Positions 41,832-52,664 of a DNA stretch of 64,000 bases are shown piece after piece. The DNA comes from an uncultured Ectothiorhodospiraceae bacterium (GTDB lineage: Bacteria > Pseudomonadota > Gammaproteobacteria > GCA-002705445 > GCA-002716945). The stretch is from assembly GCA_964342155.1 (NCBI GenBank), contig CAYFEQ010000006.1, positions 2,245 to 66,244 on the forward strand, written 5' to 3'. How positions within the stretch are numbered: position 1 is the first letter of the stretch; every line of letters starts with the position of its first letter. A program made the position numbers and the translations under genes. The notes beneath the pieces are model-generated. The model worked only from the letters and a program-made list of their open reading frames with translations, was not told where the DNA came from and ran no database searches.

Positions 41832-42626
41832 TTGAGTTATAAAATTATGGTTGATATCAAATCAGAGAGCGATATTCAAAAAATGAGAGTTGCAGGCAAA
41901 CTTGCTTCAGAGGTCTTAGAAATGATCGAGGATCATGTAGTTCCAGGAACTACCACAGGTTTATTGGATGAAATTTGCCATGACTATATTGTGCAAAAAC
42001 AAAATGCTATACCGGCACCTTTAAATTATAAAGGCTTTCCTAAATCTATTTGCACTTCTGTTAATCATCAGGTTTGTCATGGAATACCATCTAAAGATAA
42101 AAGACTCAAAGATGGGGATATTATAAATATAGATGTAACCGTAATTAAGGATCAATTTCATGGTGATACCAGTAAAATGTTCTTTGTTGGAGAAACATCT
42201 GTTCTAGCAAAAAGGCTATGTAAAGTAACAAAAGAATGTATGATGAAAGCGATAAATTTGGTAAAACCTGGTCTACATCTTGGTGATATTGGAGCTATAA
42301 TACAGGAACATGCAAACAAGCATAATTTTTCAGTAGTAAAAGATTATTGTGGGCATGGTATTGGAAAGAAATTTCATGAATTACCACAAATATTACATTA
42401 TGGTACAAAAAATACAGGTATGAAATTAGAAGAAGGGATGACTTTTACTATAGAACCAATGATAAATTCTGGTGGAGAAAAAACTAGATTACTTGGTGAT
42501 GGTTGGACAGTTGTAACACAAGATCATTCCTTGTCTGCACAATATGAACATACAATTTTAGTCACTACTAACGGATATGAGGTTTTAACTATAAGAAACG
42601 AAGAAAAAGGATTAGAATTTAAATAA
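41832..42626 (+). CDS. map: Methionine aminopeptidase type I
   Basis: 264 aa; pita-bread fold with conserved metal ligands (..DxxD..H..E..E), divergent from rpsB as in E. coli. Confidence 0.9.
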   Translation: MSYKIMVDIKSESDIQKMRVAGKLASEVLEMIEDHVVPGTTTGLLDEICHDYIVQKQNAIPAPLNYKGFPKSICTSVNHQVCHGIPSKDKRLKDGDIINIDVTVIKDQFHGDTSKMFFVGETSVLAKRLCKVTKECMMKAINLVKPGLHLGDIGAIIQEHANKHNFSVVKDYCGHGIGKKFHELPQILHYGTKNTGMKLEEGMTFTIEPMINSGGEKTRLLGDGWTVVTQDHSLSAQYEHTILVTTNGYEVLTIRNEEKGLEFK

Positions 42627-42629
42627 TAG

Positions 42630-43763
42630 ATGGAAAAAAAACTAATACATATCCTAGATGAACTAATCTCATGCCAATCTATTACTCCTGATGATCAAGG
42701 CTGTCAGGATTTTATTGCAAAATACTTAGAGGAATTGGGTTTCGAAATAACTAAAAAGAAATATGGAGATGTTAACAATTTAATTGCAAAGAAAGGATCT
42801 AATAAACCCATCATTGCTTTTGCAGGGCATACAGACGTAGTTCCTGTAGGTGATATAAAAAAATGGACCAGCAATCCTTTTAAACTCACTCAAGATAATG
42901 AGTTATTGGTAGGTCGCGGTGTTGCCGATATGAAAGGCAGCATAGCGTCGATGTTGATAGCTATTGAATCTTTCTTGGAAAATAACTCATCTCATAATGG
43001 GTCAATTGTTATTGTGTTAACAAGTGATGAAGAAGGTATCGCAATAAATGGTATTAAAAAATTAATTGAAGAAAATGAGCTACAAAAACTTAAAATTGAT
43101 ATGTGTTTAATAGGTGAACCTACATCTAAAAAAATTTTTGGCGATACTATTAAAATTGGCAGAAGAGGATCTCTTTCAGCTAAAACAAAGATTTTTGGAT
43201 TACAAGGACATATTGCTTATCCAAAAAATGCAGTTAACCCTATCCATAAAATAGTGCCTGCTATCAATGAATTGAGTAATATTAAATATGATAATGGAAA
43301 TAAGTTTTTTCCACCCACATCATTTCAGATTTCAAATATCAATAGTGGAATCGGTGCAGATAATGTAATTCCTGGTGAATTATTACTGAATTTTAATTTT
43401 AGATATTCGCCTGAAATAACGAAAGATAAACTTATATCAATTGTTGAAACCTTGTTTGATAAGCATGAATTAAAGTATGAGATATCGTGGCATCATTCTG
43501 GCGAACCATATTTAACCACACAAGAAAAATTTTTGAATATTTGTTGTGAATCAATAGAAGAAATTATAGATTCAAAACCAACAATTTCAACAGATGGTGG
43601 CACTTCTGATGGAAGATTTATAGCAAAAATATGTGATCAAGTTATAGAGTTTGGTTTAATTAATGAGTCAATTCATAAAGTAAATGAAAATACTAAAAAA
43701 ATAGATTTAATTTTATTATCTAAAATTTATGAAAAAATTCTATCTAAATCACTATCCGTTTGA
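42630..43763 (+). CDS. dapE: Succinyl-diaminopimelate desuccinylase (M20 peptidase)
   Basis: 377 aa; M20 metal-binding motifs GHTDVVP and GRGVADMKG. Confidence 0.85.
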   Translation: MEKKLIHILDELISCQSITPDDQGCQDFIAKYLEELGFEITKKKYGDVNNLIAKKGSNKPIIAFAGHTDVVPVGDIKKWTSNPFKLTQDNELLVGRGVADMKGSIASMLIAIESFLENNSSHNGSIVIVLTSDEEGIAINGIKKLIEENELQKLKIDMCLIGEPTSKKIFGDTIKIGRRGSLSAKTKIFGLQGHIAYPKNAVNPIHKIVPAINELSNIKYDNGNKFFPPTSFQISNINSGIGADNVIPGELLLNFNFRYSPEITKDKLISIVETLFDKHELKYEISWHHSGEPYLTTQEKFLNICCESIEEIIDSKPTISTDGGTSDGRFIAKICDQVIEFGLINESIHKVNENTKKIDLILLSKIYEKILSKSLSV

Positions 43764-45350
43764 ATTTAAAAAAGATGACTTTATCAAATCTTTAGTATAT
43801 TTATTTTTTGGATTGTCAAAAATCTGATTAACAAAGTTATTTTCTATTATTTTTGAATCTTTGATTATATAAATTCTATGTGCTATAGCTCTAATTAACT
43901 TTAAATCATGGCTAATAAAACAATAGCTGATAGAATATTTTTTTTGCAAAGAAACTAGAAGTTCAAGTATATTCTTTTGTACAACAACGTCCAGTGCGCT
44001 AGTTGGTTCGTCTAATATGATGAGCTTGGGTTTCATGGATAGCGCCCTAGCAATTGCAATCCTTTGTCTTTGTCCTCCGGAAAATTGATGAGGGTAACGT
44101 GACAACATATTTTGATCTAGACCTACTTCAGAAAGGAGTAATTCACATAATTTGTTAATTTCAGCTGGATTTATTTCTTCATTGAATTCTAAAATACCTT
44201 CAGAAAGAATTTCTTTAATAGTCAATCTCGGCGATAGGGACGAAAATGGGTCTTGAAAGACTATTTGAAAATTTCTTCTAGTTTTTCTCAACTCTTGTTT
44301 AGTGATTTTTTTTAAATCTTGTTCATCAAATTTTATTGTTCCGTTATATGATAATAATTGTAATATAGCTAATCCAAGAGTAGTTTTTCCTGAACCTGAT
44401 TCACCTACAATCCCTACTGTTTCACCTTCTTTAATGCTTATACTTACATCATCTAGTGCTGTATAGAATTTTTTCTTTCTTTCAAAAAAACTGTTTTCAA
44501 CTAAAAATTTGCATCCTAATTTATCTACTTCCAATATAGTTCTACCTTCTACTAAATTAGTAACTAATCTTTGAGGTTGGCTTGTAATTAGTTCTTTTGT
44601 ATATTCATTTTTTGGACTCTTAAATATTTCTTCAGTTGTTCCTTTTTCAATCACTTCACCATTTTTTAATATTAAAATGTCGTCAGCATATTTTTTTATC
44701 AAATCTAGATCATGTGATATTAAAATAAGAGACATCATTTTTTCTCTTTTTAAAGATTTCAATAGTTCTAAAATCTGTAGTTGCAATGTTACATCAAGAG
44801 CAGTAGTTGGTTCATCTGCAATCAAAATATCAGGATTACAAACAAGAGCAATTGCAATCATCACTCTCTGCCTCTGTCCTCCTGAGAGCATATATGGATA
44901 ACTCTGTAAGATTTTTTCTGTATTTTCTAAGCCACTTTGTATTAAAATTGCCTTAGATAAATTTTGAACCTCCGAATGCACAGAGGTTATGTGTAATTTA
45001 ATTATTTCCTCTAATTGTTTTTTTATTGTTTGAACAGGGTTTAGAGATAACATTGGTTCTTGAAAAATCATAGATATTTTATTACCTCTAATTTTCCTTA
45101 GTTCACTATCATTTAAGTTTGTAATTTCAAGCTCATTAAAATGGATAGTTCCAGAATCAATATTAAAAATGTCTGAATCTAATAATTTAGTAATAGACAA
45201 TCCCGTTAAAGTTTTACCAGAACCCGACTCACCGACAATACCGAGGGTTCTGCCTTGATGTAGTTCGAATGAGACATTATTAAGGAGATTCTTCTTCAAT
45301 GAATCATTATTTAGTTTTATTGATAAATTATTTACCCTTAATATACTCAT
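43752..45350 (-). CDS. yejF: ABC transporter ATP-binding protein with duplicated ATPase domains (YejF-like peptide/microcin importer)
   Basis: 532 aa with two Walker A sites (GESGSGKT at both) and two LSGGQRQR signatures. Confidence 0.8.
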   Translation of the reverse strand: MSILRVNNLSIKLNNDSLKKNLLNNVSFELHQGRTLGIVGESGSGKTLTGLSITKLLDSDIFNIDSGTIHFNELEITNLNDSELRKIRGNKISMIFQEPMLSLNPVQTIKKQLEEIIKLHITSVHSEVQNLSKAILIQSGLENTEKILQSYPYMLSGGQRQRVMIAIALVCNPDILIADEPTTALDVTLQLQILELLKSLKREKMMSLILISHDLDLIKKYADDILILKNGEVIEKGTTEEIFKSPKNEYTKELITSQPQRLVTNLVEGRTILEVDKLGCKFLVENSFFERKKKFYTALDDVSISIKEGETVGIVGESGSGKTTLGLAILQLLSYNGTIKFDEQDLKKITKQELRKTRRNFQIVFQDPFSSLSPRLTIKEILSEGILEFNEEINPAEINKLCELLLSEVGLDQNMLSRYPHQFSGGQRQRIAIARALSMKPKLIILDEPTSALDVVVQKNILELLVSLQKKYSISYCFISHDLKLIRAIAHRIYIIKDSKIIENNFVNQIFDNPKNKYTKDLIKSSFLNSNG

Positions 45351-46360
45351 GATGATCTAGAATCAAAAGATTCGCGAATGCCCTCTCCTATAAATATTAA
45401 TAGCATTAGTGTTCCAACTAAAACAAAAAATGTTGTAAGCGATAACCACCAAGCTTCTATATTCTCTTTACCTTGTGAAAGGAGTTCTCCAAGACTAGGA
45501 GTATTTGGTGGTACTCCAAGCCCTAAAAAATCTAAACTTGTTAAAATTAATATTGCTCCACTTATTCTAAAAGGTAGAAAGGTGATTACTGAAATCATAC
45601 TATTAGGTAAAATATGTCTAAAAATAATTTTTATATCTGATAGCCCAAGTGCTCGCGCAGCAGTTACATAATCTAGATTACGGCCCTTTAAAAATTCAGC
45701 TCTAACATAATCTGAAAGACTCATCCAGCCAAAAAGCGATAATAAGATTACAAGGAGAAATATGCTGGGTTCAAAAAGCGATGAAAAAATTATAAGGAGA
45801 TACAATTCAGGCATCGAACTCCAAATTTCAATAAACCTTTGTAAGAATAAATCTGTTCTGCCTGCAAAATATCCTTGGATAGCACCAAAAAAAATACCAA
45901 TTATTATCCCAATAGCTGTAAGTATAAGTGCAAAAATAACTGAAAGACGAAAACCATAAATCAATCTAGCAAGAACATCTCTTCCTCGATCGTCTGTTCC
46001 TAGGAAATTATATTGTGATGGTGGGGCTGGATTAGGTGTTGAATTATTTAAGTTAATACTATTATAAGAATGTGGGTTCATAGGAAAAAATGCCCAATTA
46101 TCTTTCTTGCTTATTTTTTTTGTTACAAAATATCCTTTATAATCTGCTTCTGTTTCAAAGGTACCTCCTAACTCTTTGTCAGTATAAGTAAAAATAATAG
46201 GTATATATAATTCATTGTCTAATTTCATGATTAATGGTTTATCATTGCTTATAAATTCAGCAAATAAGCTCAAAATAAATAAAAATAAAAAAATATATAA
46301 ACTAAATAAATTTCTTTTATTTGATTTAAACTTTATCCAGGTATTAGAAGTACTAAACAT
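45347..46360 (-). CDS. yejE: ABC transporter permease (YejE/OppC-like)
   Basis: 337 aa; BPD-transporter inner-membrane component, part of an SBP-permease-permease-ATPase operon. Confidence 0.75.
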   Translation of the reverse strand: MFSTSNTWIKFKSNKRNLFSLYIFLFLFILSLFAEFISNDKPLIMKLDNELYIPIIFTYTDKELGGTFETEADYKGYFVTKKISKKDNWAFFPMNPHSYNSINLNNSTPNPAPPSQYNFLGTDDRGRDVLARLIYGFRLSVIFALILTAIGIIIGIFFGAIQGYFAGRTDLFLQRFIEIWSSMPELYLLIIFSSLFEPSIFLLVILLSLFGWMSLSDYVRAEFLKGRNLDYVTAARALGLSDIKIIFRHILPNSMISVITFLPFRISGAILILTSLDFLGLGVPPNTPSLGELLSQGKENIEAWWLSLTTFFVLVGTLMLLIFIGEGIRESFDSRSS

Positions 46361-46369
46361 AATATATTA

Positions 46370-47431
46370 TTAGTTTTCCGTTTTATTTAATGAACTAAAC
46401 TGAATTCTTGGGTCAACAAAAACATAGCTTATATCTGTTAAAAGTTTTGCAATTAAACCTAAAAGTGTAAATAAGAATAAAGTTCCTAATACAACTGGGT
46501 AATCTCTATGTAGAATTGATTCATATGATAAAAGACCAATACCATCAAGTGAAAATATTGTTTCGATAAGTATGCTGCCAGTAAAAAATGCAGCAATAAA
46601 TTGAGCAGGAAAACCAGTTAAAATTGGGATTAAAGCATTCTTAAATACATGTCTATATAGAATAGTATTTTCTGTCAAACCTTTTGATCGGGCTGTAAGA
46701 ACATATTGTTTTTTAATTTCTTCTATAAAACTATTTTTTGTAAGCATGGTCATAACAGCAAAACTTCCAATTACAGAAGAGATTATTGGTAAAGTCATAT
46801 GCCAAAGATAGTCAAATATTTTATCAACCATTGATAGAGTATGCCAATTATCTGAAACTATTCCTCTGGTTGGAAAAACATCTAAGAAGCTTCCGCCACC
46901 TAAAAGTACTATTAAACCTATTCCAAGCACAAATCCAGGTATAGAATAACCTATAAGTATTAAAATACTCGTCGTTACATCAAATCTAGAGCCATGTGAG
47001 ATAGCTTTTTTAATCCCTAAAGGAATGCAAATAGAATATATAATAAAAAAACTCCATAAACCTAAACTGATGGATACAGGAAGTTTGTCAATAATTAAAT
47101 CGGAAACCGATTGATGATGGAAATAACTTTCACCTAAATTGAAACTTAAATAGTTTAAAATTAAATCTAAAAATCTTTCCAAAAATGGTTTATCAAATCC
47201 ATAGAATTTTTTTAATTGGTTAATATGTTCTTCATCTAATCCACTAGAACCTCTATATAAATTAGTGCTTCCTTGAGATGCTTCTCCAGAAACATTTAAG
47301 TCGCTAAGTTGATTCACCATCTGTTCAACTGGTCCACCAGGAACGAACTGTATAACTGCAAATGTTAAAAACAATACTCCAATTATAGTTGGAAATATTA
47401 AAAGGATTCTTTTGAATATATATTTATACAA
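46370..47431 (-). CDS. yejB: ABC transporter permease (YejB/OppB-like)
   Basis: 353 aa; BPD-transporter permease. Confidence 0.75.
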   Translation of the reverse strand: MYKYIFKRILLIFPTIIGVLFLTFAVIQFVPGGPVEQMVNQLSDLNVSGEASQGSTNLYRGSSGLDEEHINQLKKFYGFDKPFLERFLDLILNYLSFNLGESYFHHQSVSDLIIDKLPVSISLGLWSFFIIYSICIPLGIKKAISHGSRFDVTTSILILIGYSIPGFVLGIGLIVLLGGGSFLDVFPTRGIVSDNWHTLSMVDKIFDYLWHMTLPIISSVIGSFAVMTMLTKNSFIEEIKKQYVLTARSKGLTENTILYRHVFKNALIPILTGFPAQFIAAFFTGSILIETIFSLDGIGLLSYESILHRDYPVVLGTLFLFTLLGLIAKLLTDISYVFVDPRIQFSSLNKTEN

Positions 47432-47433
47432 AA

Positions 47434-49221
47434 TTATTTATACCACCATGTTTTAAGCACATAATTAGTTGCTTCAAAAAATTTTGGCAAAGTTTCTGGT
47501 TGTTCAAATTTATCAAAGTATGCAATTCTGTGCTTATTAATATACCAATTTGGAAGCATATAGTATTCATTCCATAATAAACGATCTAATAAATGAGCCG
47601 CATTAATGAGTTCATCTCTATTTGAGTTATAAATAATTTTCGATAATACCTTATCAACATCACTATCATTAATTCCAGCTAAATTATAAGACCCTTTTTT
47701 ATTTGCTGTAGATGAATGAAACATTGAGATTAATTCATTTCCCGGTGATTGAGATTGAGGATAGCTCATTACCATCATGTCATAATCAAATGTATCAACT
47801 CTTCTTTGGTACAATGATAAGTCGATTGTACGATAGTGAAGAACAATTCCTAGTTTTTTCAAATTTTCTGCAAACGGAGCCAATATTCTTTCAAAACCTT
47901 TTTGTGCTAAAAGAAAATTAAATTCTATTTTATTTCCTTTGTCATCATACAGAATATTATCTATCACTTTCCAGCCAAGTCTATCTAATATTGCTTTTGC
48001 TTTTATAAGATTAGCCCTCATTTCTTTCGGGGTAACAGGGTTTGATAAAATTTCTTTATTTTGAAGCCTTTCTGATGAAATATTTAATTCATTAGCTAGT
48101 TTAAATTCTTCCAAACTTGGTTTTACCATCGACGAAAGTTCACTATTGCTAAAATAACTTTTACATCTTTCATATTGATTATAAAATAAATTCTTGTTTG
48201 ACCAACTAAAATCAAATGCAAGCGTGATTGCCTTCCTAACATCTTTATTTTTAAACATTTCTTTTCTTGTGTTAAAAATAAATCCTTGAATTCCAGCATT
48301 ATTTTGATGCACTAATTCTTTTTTTATAATCTCATTAGATTTAAATTTAGGTCCATTATAATCTCGAGCCCATCTCTTTGAATGATTTTCAAAGATAAAA
48401 TCATATTCACCACCTTTAAATGCCTCAAGAGCAACTGTCATATCCTTGTAATATTTAAATACAATTGTATCAAAATTAAACATACCTCTTCTTGTTGGTT
48501 TTTTTTCTGCCCAGTAATTAGGATTTTTCTTATAAACTATATATCTTCCAAATTCATATTTATCTATAATATATGGCCCACTTGCAATTGGCTTATTTAA
48601 AATTGTTTTACCGAAATTATTATTCACTATCCATTTTTTAGAAAATATAGGTATATCACCAACAATCATATGTAATTCTGGATTAGTTTTTTTGAAATGA
48701 AATTTAATAGTTTGATTATTTATAACTTCTACTTTTTTAATATCAGACCAATAGATTTTATATTGTGGATGAGCTGATGCGCTTGTTAACATTTCAAATG
48801 AAAATTTTATGTCTTCTGCTGTTATTAAATCATTATTAGAAAATCTTGCTTTCTCATTGATGATGTATATGACTGAAAGTTTGTCTTTTGACAAAATGAA
48901 TTTCTCTGCAATATGGCCATAACTGGAAGATGGTTCATCTAAACTTCTTTCCATGAGTGTTTCAAAAATTAGTTCATTCATTCCTACAGGAGCAAGTGAT
49001 TTCAATAAAAATGGATTAAGGGATTCAAAAGTGCCAAATGCAGATAATTTAATCTCTCCACCTTTATTTGCATATGGGTTTACGTAATCAAAATGAGTAA
49101 AATTTTCAGGATATTTTGGTTTATAGCCAATTGCCGCAGAATACTCTGAAGATACTGGTGAAGCCAGTATCAGACTAAGAAGAATCGTTAGGTATTTAAA
49201 ATTTTTTTTTATCATTACCAA
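47434..49221 (-). CDS. yejA: Periplasmic substrate-binding protein (family 5, YejA-like)
   Basis: 595 aa; a signal peptide and SBP_bac_5 size and architecture; first gene of the operon. Confidence 0.75.
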   Translation of the reverse strand: MVMIKKNFKYLTILLSLILASPVSSEYSAAIGYKPKYPENFTHFDYVNPYANKGGEIKLSAFGTFESLNPFLLKSLAPVGMNELIFETLMERSLDEPSSSYGHIAEKFILSKDKLSVIYIINEKARFSNNDLITAEDIKFSFEMLTSASAHPQYKIYWSDIKKVEVINNQTIKFHFKKTNPELHMIVGDIPIFSKKWIVNNNFGKTILNKPIASGPYIIDKYEFGRYIVYKKNPNYWAEKKPTRRGMFNFDTIVFKYYKDMTVALEAFKGGEYDFIFENHSKRWARDYNGPKFKSNEIIKKELVHQNNAGIQGFIFNTRKEMFKNKDVRKAITLAFDFSWSNKNLFYNQYERCKSYFSNSELSSMVKPSLEEFKLANELNISSERLQNKEILSNPVTPKEMRANLIKAKAILDRLGWKVIDNILYDDKGNKIEFNFLLAQKGFERILAPFAENLKKLGIVLHYRTIDLSLYQRRVDTFDYDMMVMSYPQSQSPGNELISMFHSSTANKKGSYNLAGINDSDVDKVLSKIIYNSNRDELINAAHLLDRLLWNEYYMLPNWYINKHRIAYFDKFEQPETLPKFFEATNYVLKTWWYK

Positions 49222-49285
49222 TGAATAATTATAAATATTATATTATTATGATATTCTATATGTCTTTAAAATCAAAATATTAAAA

Positions 49286-50056
49286 ATGAACCTAAAAAAT
49301 AAAAAAGCACTCATTATTGGTATAGCAAGTAACAGATCAATAGCAGCAGCAATAGCATCAGCATTTGGAGCAAATGGTGCTGATTTACTATTAACCTTTC
49401 AAAATGAGAAGTTGAAAAGTAGAGTTGAGAACATAGCAAAAGAGATAGATGCAGATATTGATTGTCACCCATGTGATTTGTCATCTGATAAAGAAATAAC
49501 AGATCTTAAAAATTATATTGAAAATAAATGGGGTAAATTAGATATAATAATTCACTCTGCCGCTTATGCTCCAAGAGAACTCCTTGCGGGCGATTATGTT
49601 GATAATGTAACAAGAGAAGGTTTTAATATTGCGCATGATGTCAGTTCATATTCATTTGTAGCCTTAGCTAAAGAATTTTCTAATATTCTAAACGAAAATG
49701 CATCGCTATTGACTTTGACATATTTAGGTTCTCAAAAAGTCATAAAAAATTATAATATTATGGGACTTGCTAAAGCAAGTTTAGAAACAAATGTCAGATA
49801 CATGGCACATTCTCTAGGAGAAAAAAATATAAGAGTTAACGCAATATCAGCTGGTCCAATTAAAACACTTGCAGCTGCAGGTATTGCTGGATTCAATGAA
49901 ATTCTCAAACATGTAGAAGAAAAATCTCCATTGAAAAGAAATATTACTTTAGAAGATGTCTCTAACACTGCTGTTTTTTTAGGGAGTGATTTCTCGTCAG
50001 GAATAACTGGTCAAATAATTTATGTAGACTGCGGATATAGTATCAGTGGTTTTTAA
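49286..50056 (+). CDS. fabI: Enoyl-ACP reductase [NADH]
   Basis: 256 aa SDR fold with GIASNRSIA and the FabI catalytic Y..K. Confidence 0.9.
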   Translation: MNLKNKKALIIGIASNRSIAAAIASAFGANGADLLLTFQNEKLKSRVENIAKEIDADIDCHPCDLSSDKEITDLKNYIENKWGKLDIIIHSAAYAPRELLAGDYVDNVTREGFNIAHDVSSYSFVALAKEFSNILNENASLLTLTYLGSQKVIKNYNIMGLAKASLETNVRYMAHSLGEKNIRVNAISAGPIKTLAAAGIAGFNEILKHVEEKSPLKRNITLEDVSNTAVFLGSDFSSGITGQIIYVDCGYSISGF

Positions 50057-51933
50057 TCTAAGTTTATATAATTTTCATTTATTTCTATATTCGCATTTGA
50101 CTTAAGAATTTGTTGGAAGAGACTATATTCTGATTCACTCCTTGTATTAATAATAAAATTAGAAAATTCATTATCTTTTTTATAAACTTCTTCTATGTTT
50201 TCAGGGTATTCTATTGAATCTACGGTATAAATAAGGTAATCACCATTATCCATTTTTATAGATTGGTACTCATTCATAATATTATTACCAAAAATAATTT
50301 TTTTTATCCTTGATTCCAATTCATCTGAGTTTAAAGCAACATCAAAAGTAATTTTCTTATATTCTGTAAGTTCTCCAGTATCATTTAAATTATCTCGGAT
50401 TAATTTAGTATCAGCTAAAATCTTTTTATTAGATTCTTGTATTTGTAGCAATGCTACGATAGCTTTTTTAGATTCATCAAAAGAAAGGTTTTCTGGCGGA
50501 TGGTATTTTTTTAGTTTAGCAACAATGAATCTATTATCATTTACATAAATTAGACCAGAGTTGAAATTATTTTTTATAATATCATCAGTGAATAGAACTT
50601 CTCTTATATGGTCATAATTAAAAATATTATATCCACCGGATTTAGTAATTTTTTTTGAAGTATTAATTTTAAGATCAAATGTTGCAGCTATACTATTTAA
50701 ATCTTTATTTTCAAAACTTTGTTCACCAATTTTATCAGAAAGATCGAAAAATAATCTGGTTCCTTGTTCTGTTTTATATTCATCTATGATGTCATTTTTC
50801 ACTTTTTCAAAACTGTAGTTCATTTCATGAGTTTTTGCTTTAACCGAGAGAATATGAAAACCATTAGTTGATTGTATAATTTTAGACACCTCATTTAATT
50901 TTAACGTTTCCACTTCATCTTGAAGGTAACTTGGCAAGTCATCAAGAAAAAATTCACCAAGATATCCCCTAGTACTTTTTGTTTCTTCATCATTTGAGTG
51001 TAATTCAGCAGCTTCACTAAATGACATTCCATTAAGTAATTCTTTACGGGCTTTTTCAGCAATAGCTTTAAGCTTTTCATCGGTTTCATTATCAAGATTA
51101 GAGATCAAAATATGATTAATTTGATAGCTTGCAGGTTGGAAATACTCTTGATTATTAAGTTTTTCATCATAGATTTCTTTCAAAATAGTATCATTTAAAG
51201 AAATGGATTTTATTAAATCAAACTTATCAATATCAATATATTTAAAAACTGCTTTGCCTTCTGTCATAAAAGAATCACGATTTTTTTGATAATAATCAAA
51301 TACCTGTTTTTCAGATATATTAACTTTATTTTTTATTGAATTATAAGGAATTAAAATATACGCACCCTTTCTTTTATGAAATCTAAAGCTTGCTAAATCT
51401 CTTTGTTCTTGTTGAGTTAAAAAAGATGTATCTGTTATTGCAAACCTTAATTGATCGGTTATGCCTTTCTGATAAACATATAGTTCATAGTCTTTTGGTT
51501 TCATATTGAAATTAATCAATCTCTGATTATATAGATTTTGATTAAACCCTTTATCATCTTTGAATGCTGCGGTATTTTTAATTTCCTGAATAATTGATTC
51601 ATTGCTAAACTTAAGTCCCATTTCTCTAGCAGCTTTTTCAAGTAAAATTGCTCTCATCATATATTCAAGAGTAATTTTTTTAATAAAATCATCTGTATAA
51701 ATTGGCGGAGGTTTTCCTTTATAATTCTGATTTAAAGCCCTTTTGTATTGGAATATTTCTTGTTCCAATCTAGCTTTGCTTATTACTTGATCATCAATTA
51801 TGACAGAATAGCTTTGTTGTGGTGCTTGATAATTCCCGAGCCCCATAAACACGAGCGGTATCGCTACGAGTATCAATAAAATACCAACTACCCAAATTTT
51901 TAGTTTTTCTCGTATCGTAGATAACATAATCAA
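50053..51933 (-). CDS. ppiD: Periplasmic chaperone / peptidyl-prolyl isomerase PpiD
   Basis: 626 aa; an N-terminal TM anchor, SurA-like and parvulin domains; downstream of the hupB/tRNA block as in lon-hupB-ppiD. Confidence 0.8.
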   Translation of the reverse strand: MIMLSTIREKLKIWVVGILLILVAIPLVFMGLGNYQAPQQSYSVIIDDQVISKARLEQEIFQYKRALNQNYKGKPPPIYTDDFIKKITLEYMMRAILLEKAAREMGLKFSNESIIQEIKNTAAFKDDKGFNQNLYNQRLINFNMKPKDYELYVYQKGITDQLRFAITDTSFLTQQEQRDLASFRFHKRKGAYILIPYNSIKNKVNISEKQVFDYYQKNRDSFMTEGKAVFKYIDIDKFDLIKSISLNDTILKEIYDEKLNNQEYFQPASYQINHILISNLDNETDEKLKAIAEKARKELLNGMSFSEAAELHSNDEETKSTRGYLGEFFLDDLPSYLQDEVETLKLNEVSKIIQSTNGFHILSVKAKTHEMNYSFEKVKNDIIDEYKTEQGTRLFFDLSDKIGEQSFENKDLNSIAATFDLKINTSKKITKSGGYNIFNYDHIREVLFTDDIIKNNFNSGLIYVNDNRFIVAKLKKYHPPENLSFDESKKAIVALLQIQESNKKILADTKLIRDNLNDTGELTEYKKITFDVALNSDELESRIKKIIFGNNIMNEYQSIKMDNGDYLIYTVDSIEYPENIEEVYKKDNEFSNFIINTRSESEYSLFQQILKSNANIEINENYINLD

Positions 51934-51964
51934 ATTTTTGAAATATTAAAATATATTCAGCCTT

Positions 51965-52038
51965 CGGAGACGAAGGGACTCGAACCCTCGACCTCCTGCG
52001 TGACAGGCAGGCGTTCTAACCAACTGAACTACGCCTCC
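51965..52038 (-). tRNA. tRNA-Asp (anticodon GTC)
   Basis: Reverse complement reads GGAGGCGTAGTTCAGTTGGTTAGAACGCCTGCCTGTCACGCAGGAGGTCGAGGGTTCGAGTCCCTTCGTCTCCG, with a cloverleaf and GTC anticodon. CCA is not encoded. Confidence 0.85.
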
Positions 52039-52083
52039 AAAACTAAAAGTATAGTAACATTTTTTAAAATTTACATAAATAAA

Positions 52084-52112
52084 AAGAAGCAGTGGAGACT
52101 GCTTCTTTTAAA
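52084..52112 (-). terminator. Hairpin with flanking T-runs between tRNA-Val and tRNA-Asp (possible bidirectional terminator or processing signal)
   Basis: AAGAAGCAGT-GGAG-ACTGCTTCTT, a perfect 10-bp stem, with T-runs on both strands. Confidence 0.4.
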
Positions 52113-52120
52113 TTTTTCTC

Positions 52121-52194
52121 TGGGTGCTGTAAGAGTCGAACTTACGACCTCCGCCTTGTAAGGGCGGCGCTCTAACCAGCTGAGCTAAGCACCC
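52121..52194 (-). tRNA. tRNA-Val (anticodon TAC)
   Basis: Reverse complement reads GGGTGCTTAGCTCAGCTGGTTAGAGCGCCGCCCTTACAAGGCGGAGGTCGTAAGTTCGACTCTTACAGCACCCA. Confidence 0.85.
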
Positions 52195-52210
52195 CTCTAT
52201 TAAGGTTGAC

Positions 52211-52483
52211 TTAGTTTAGAGCATCTTTTAGAGCTTTACCAGCCTTGAAAGAGGGAACGTTAGATGCTTGTATTTGGATAGTTTCACCTGTTCTAGGATT
52301 TCTACCTTGACGAGCTTCTCTGCGTTTAGATTTAAAGGTGCCAAATCCCGCTATAGCGACTTCTTGACCTTGTTTTAGCGTGTTTGTTATAACACTAACC
52401 ATTGCTTCAACATGAGCTGTTGCATCAGATTTACTTGCTCCTGATGCATCTGCTAATGCTGCGATAAATTCTGCTTTATTCAT
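52211..52483 (-). CDS. hupB: DNA-binding protein HU
   Basis: 90 aa; HU signature GFGTF and RNPRTGE; downstream of lon. Confidence 0.9.
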   Translation of the reverse strand: MNKAEFIAALADASGASKSDATAHVEAMVSVITNTLKQGQEVAIAGFGTFKSKRREARQGRNPRTGETIQIQASNVPSFKAGKALKDALN

Positions 52484-52664
52484 TCAAAAACCTCTGTTTG
52501 AAATTGATTGTTTTTTTATAATTAGAATCACTTATTAAAGACTATAAGTTTTCCAATCCACCGCATAATATTCTTACGAAATTACAGTACTATTCTACAT
52601 TATTTTCTATGAAAAAAATTTGGAATTACACATTTTTCCACATTTACAAGGGTATTGAAATGTG

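Noticed and set aside
52211-52483. Elevated GC of hupB as a possible horizontal-transfer signal
   Set aside because: HU is short, Ala/Gly/Lys-rich and universally conserved. Its composition is amino-acid driven and the gene is in its ancestral lon-hupB context. The rhodanese gene, by contrast, has no such constraint.
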